64,000 bases of DNA from the NCBI RefSeq assembly GCF_024521635.1, contig NW_026250411.1, forward strand, positions 868,001 to 932,000. Direction: 5' to 3'. This document shows positions 60,791 through 64,000 of the stretch, in pieces. Position numbers and translations under genes: made by a program. The notes beneath the pieces were generated by a model that saw only the letters and a program-made list of their open reading frames with translations, was not told the origin of the DNA and did not search any database. Numbering within the stretch: position 1 is the first letter of the stretch; each line of letters begins with the position of its first letter. This stretch comes from Tricharina praecox (taxonomy: Eukaryota).

Positions 60791-60863
60791 GCCTCGCTAG
60801 CTCAATCGGTAGAGCGTCAGACTCTTAATCTGAAGGTTGCGGGTTCGACCCCCGCGTGGGGCT
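60791..60863 (+). tRNA. tRNA-Lys(CTT), identical to 60101-60173
   Basis: Same 73-nt sequence, 690 bp downstream. Confidence 0.95.
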
Positions 60864-61547
60864 GTCTCTGGAGACAGCTCGGCTGTTGCTTTTGTTTATG
60901 TTTTTGTTTTGGTCTGGGCGTGGTGAAGTTTTTTGCTCCCACCCATGTCACGCTGTGCCGTCCCGTGGGCCGTGCTGAGCGACTCGCATACGACATCCCA
61001 CTGCTAGCCCTTGGGTATTCTGCTGCTGCTGCTGCGTTCCCACCACTGCTCACACGCGCCCGTCTCCGACCGATCTCCCACCGGGCCACCGGTCCCACAG
61101 CTCCTGCCACCGACCACTCAGCGCCGCCTACTCTCGACCGCTCCGTGGTCCATATATCTCGATCACGTCCTATGCTACAGACAGCGGAAACCAGCCTGGG
61201 CCGTCTGCTCGACGAGGAAAAGCTCTTCGTTTCTGTCGATAACCAGGCCTCGCAAGCCCGCGGGTGCTGGACAGTGGACAGTGGTACCAGGCTGCTCTGG
61301 TCGGCGTGCTCCAACACCTCCCAGCAAGCACGCGCTTTTCCAACGGCGAATCCCTGTCCTCTGGAGGCCACAATCCAGCCCGGAGCCGGATCGGATTCCG
61401 CACTGTTGAAGTATCAGCGGTCAGCGGGTGAGATCCCATGACCCCACGACCGAAGTACCGTACCCATCCCATCCCCGCAAGCTGCAGCGGACCGTGAGCG
61501 AGTGAGTGGGTGAGTGATCGCCGATGACCACGTCCACCCGTCAGCAC

Positions 61548-61599
61548 CCGCATCCGCATCCGCATCCGCATCCGCATCCGCATCCGCATCCGCATCCGC
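61548..61599. repeat. (CCGCAT)n microsatellite
   Basis: About eight perfect hexamer units. Confidence 0.95.
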
Positions 61600-63067
61600 C
61601 CCTCCGCATCCGCCCCTCAGCATCTGCCCCTCCACGCGCCGTCGTCGGCTCCTACATAATCTACTCTAGTTCCAGCCAGCAGTGCGCACAGACCAACCGG
61701 CAGTGGAGCGCCGTTGCATACATACCGCATACATACTAGGGTCCCGTTACTCTACCTAAGTACCTACCTAGGCAGTTGATCCTGGCGTGTGATTTTCGCT
61801 GTTGCGTATGTATATGTGTATTTGTGTATGCCGATGCCGTCCCTAGCGGGCGGATAAGTCCCTACATACTACCCTACTACCTTACTACCCTACTACCTTA
61901 CTACCCTACTACCCTGCGGCCACGGCGATCACGATAAGCAAGCAAGAAACTGGGGGAAGGGAGAAGGGGGAAGGGGGGGAAGGGGAGGGGGCGCACATTT
62001 ATGTACATACGGCACCCATCCCCCGTGCGGATTGCCGGGTATCCATATCATATCCATATCATATCAACGGTCGCAGCCGCAGCCAACCATCCCACTCCGT
62101 GGCCTAGCCTGGACTCAGCTCTGGTCTGGGTGGTACTCCATCCGCGGCCGCTCTCGACCGGCCAACAGGCCAACATGAACAAGGTCTGCAGTGCAGGCCA
62201 CCTATGTACAGGGCAGTGAGATAGATAAAGCAGTGCGGTTTGGAATAAGAACTGGCCACAATATGACTCCAGTGTCTGGCATCGATAGCCGCTGCCGTGG
62301 TGCGGCTGGCAACCCACAATCTGGATTTTGAACCCCCTCCGGCGGACACAAGTCCGGAGGTTTTTTTTTTTTCAGACAGGCAACAGAGAACTAAGGTGCA
62401 GTGTGAAGATTATTTCTACTCTTCCAAATTCCAATTTGCATCCGTCCCCCGTGTTCTAATATATATACAATGCACACGGAGCTGGACGGACAGTCAACAC
62501 AAGTTATAATACAAGACAACAAACGGAAACAAAAGCATAACTCCAGGCCTATGCATCTAAAGTGATTACCCTCCAAACCGGAAGAGAGCGCAAAAGAAAG
62601 AGACAAAAGAAAGAGAGACAAAAGAAAGAGGGACAAAAGAAAAGAGGGACAAAAAAATATAGACAAGTCCGGCTGAAAAACACCCAAAGAATGAGACTCC
62701 AACAAAACAAATCGTAACAGAATCGTCAGTTCGTGAGAGCGATTTAAGCCATGCGACACAAAGGAAACAACGCAATACAAAGATTTCAAGCACCAGGCGC
62801 ACCATATTTATGTTGTAAAAGCCGAAAAGAAAGAAAACCCGCCAATCTAGAGTATCCCGCCAATGTAAAACCGAAAGACCAGGAAATGAACCAAAAAGAA
62901 AGAAAGAAAGCCGCAATTTGTACGCCAAAGGAAAACAAGCAAGCAAAATGAAGAATGGGTTAAAAAAAGTATGAAGATCAATATGAATAAACGAAAGGGA
63001 TGGGCAACGACTCAGAAAAGTGGTGATGTGAACAAAGCCGAGGATGTAGAATCCTGCTCGCCTTGTC

Positions 63068-64000
63068 CTAGAAGGAAAACAGACCAGACCTCTTTTTCGG
63101 GATCGGATAGACCACGAGCGCTGCTGCAAAGAGACCGACGGTAGTACCGATTGCCACCTGGACCATCGAAAACCCGAATTCGAACATGATGGAGGTTCCG
63201 GATATCGGAGTCGACACGGAGTTCTTCAGGATTGCATCAGCCCCTTCGAGGCCGGCAAGCAGCGAGCCTTGGGCAGCGAGCCCACTAGGCACTTGCACGA
63301 AGATCGCCGGAAGCATGGCCGCGAAAGCCAACCCATGTCCCACTCTGGAGTAGAGATTGCCGAGTACACCCACGGTGAATGCACCCAGCCCGTTGGCGAT
63401 TTGAGGCTGTGCGACGAATCGCTGACTCGAAAAGTAGTTGACCACGTATCCGGCAAGTGCGATACCCACCATCACTGGGGCCTGGCGCCACCGTGCTTGG
63501 TTCACAAGGAGTAAACACAAAGCGAATGCCCCGACCCAGAGAGAATTGTACCGCCAATCGAAGGGGTTTTGACAGGTTGTAGCAGAGGTGGCGTTTTTGT
63601 CAACGAGGCCGTAAAGTGCTGAGCCGATGGTGATACCGAAGCCGAGGAACAAAGAGTAAATGATGGCGTAGAACATGCGGACCGAGCCAGCCACAATATT
63701 CTTCGACTGCAGTTCGAGGGATCCACACACTTTTAAAAGTCAGTATTGCAACAGAAAAGTATTGGCTCGAAGCAACTTACAGATGATGTACCCGGGCAAG
63801 ATCAGGGCAATAGACGCCTGGGCGAGCGCGGAAAAGCAAAACGTGTTCCCTCCGTTGATGGAGCCGAACATTCTGGCGAAGAAGCTCGTAATGATTGCAG
63901 CTGATATCTCGAAAACGTTGGAGTAGAGCTCGGATCTCGGTGCCAGAATGAGCTGCAAGAAGCCCAGCATGCATCCAAGCAAGAACAAGACCGGGATGTC
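63068..64000 (-). CDS. PRM10: PRM10-like threonine/serine exporter family (DUF1212/ThrE) membrane protein, 3' part; join(<64000..63781,63729..63068)
   Basis: YSNVFEISAAI, FCFSALAQASIALILPGY, SLELQSKNIVAGSVRMFYAIIYSLFLGFGI, MLPAIFVQVPSGL and terminal KKRSGLFSF. Intron GTAAGT…CTGAC…AAG at 63780-63730. Confidence 0.88.

Overview
Eukaryotic DNA from a filamentous ascomycete: short GT-AG introns with CTAAC/CTGAC branch sites and intronless tRNAs. Pezizomycetes is a tentative guess. Conserved genes are an ACOT9-like double-hotdog acyl-CoA thioesterase (4241-5701), an ENA-type Na+/K+ P-type ATPase (21323-24960, minus) with a 6-nt microexon and a dense PacC-site promoter, an HMT1/ABCB6-type half ABC transporter (37646-41075), a PRM10/ThrE-family membrane protein cut by the right edge, and four tRNA-Lys(CTT) genes. 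The 5.6-33 kb part behaves like an accessory region. It holds a four-unit tandem array of an unrecognised small gene (2 intact, 2 decayed) interleaved with probable LINE 3' fragments and another dispersed repeat, a Tourist/PIF-like MITE, and two paralogous SesB-like alpha/beta-hydrolase + ankyrin genes that lack the NACHT domain usual for this fungal NLR architecture. One paralog is disabled by nonsense codons without frameshifts. The other is intact up to a TAG (TGG in the paralog) exactly at the hydrolase/ankyrin boundary. About 13 kb (41.1-54.3 kb) has no credible gene and precedes an unrecognised low-complexity protein. All family calls come from motif recognition and manual splicing; no database search was run.
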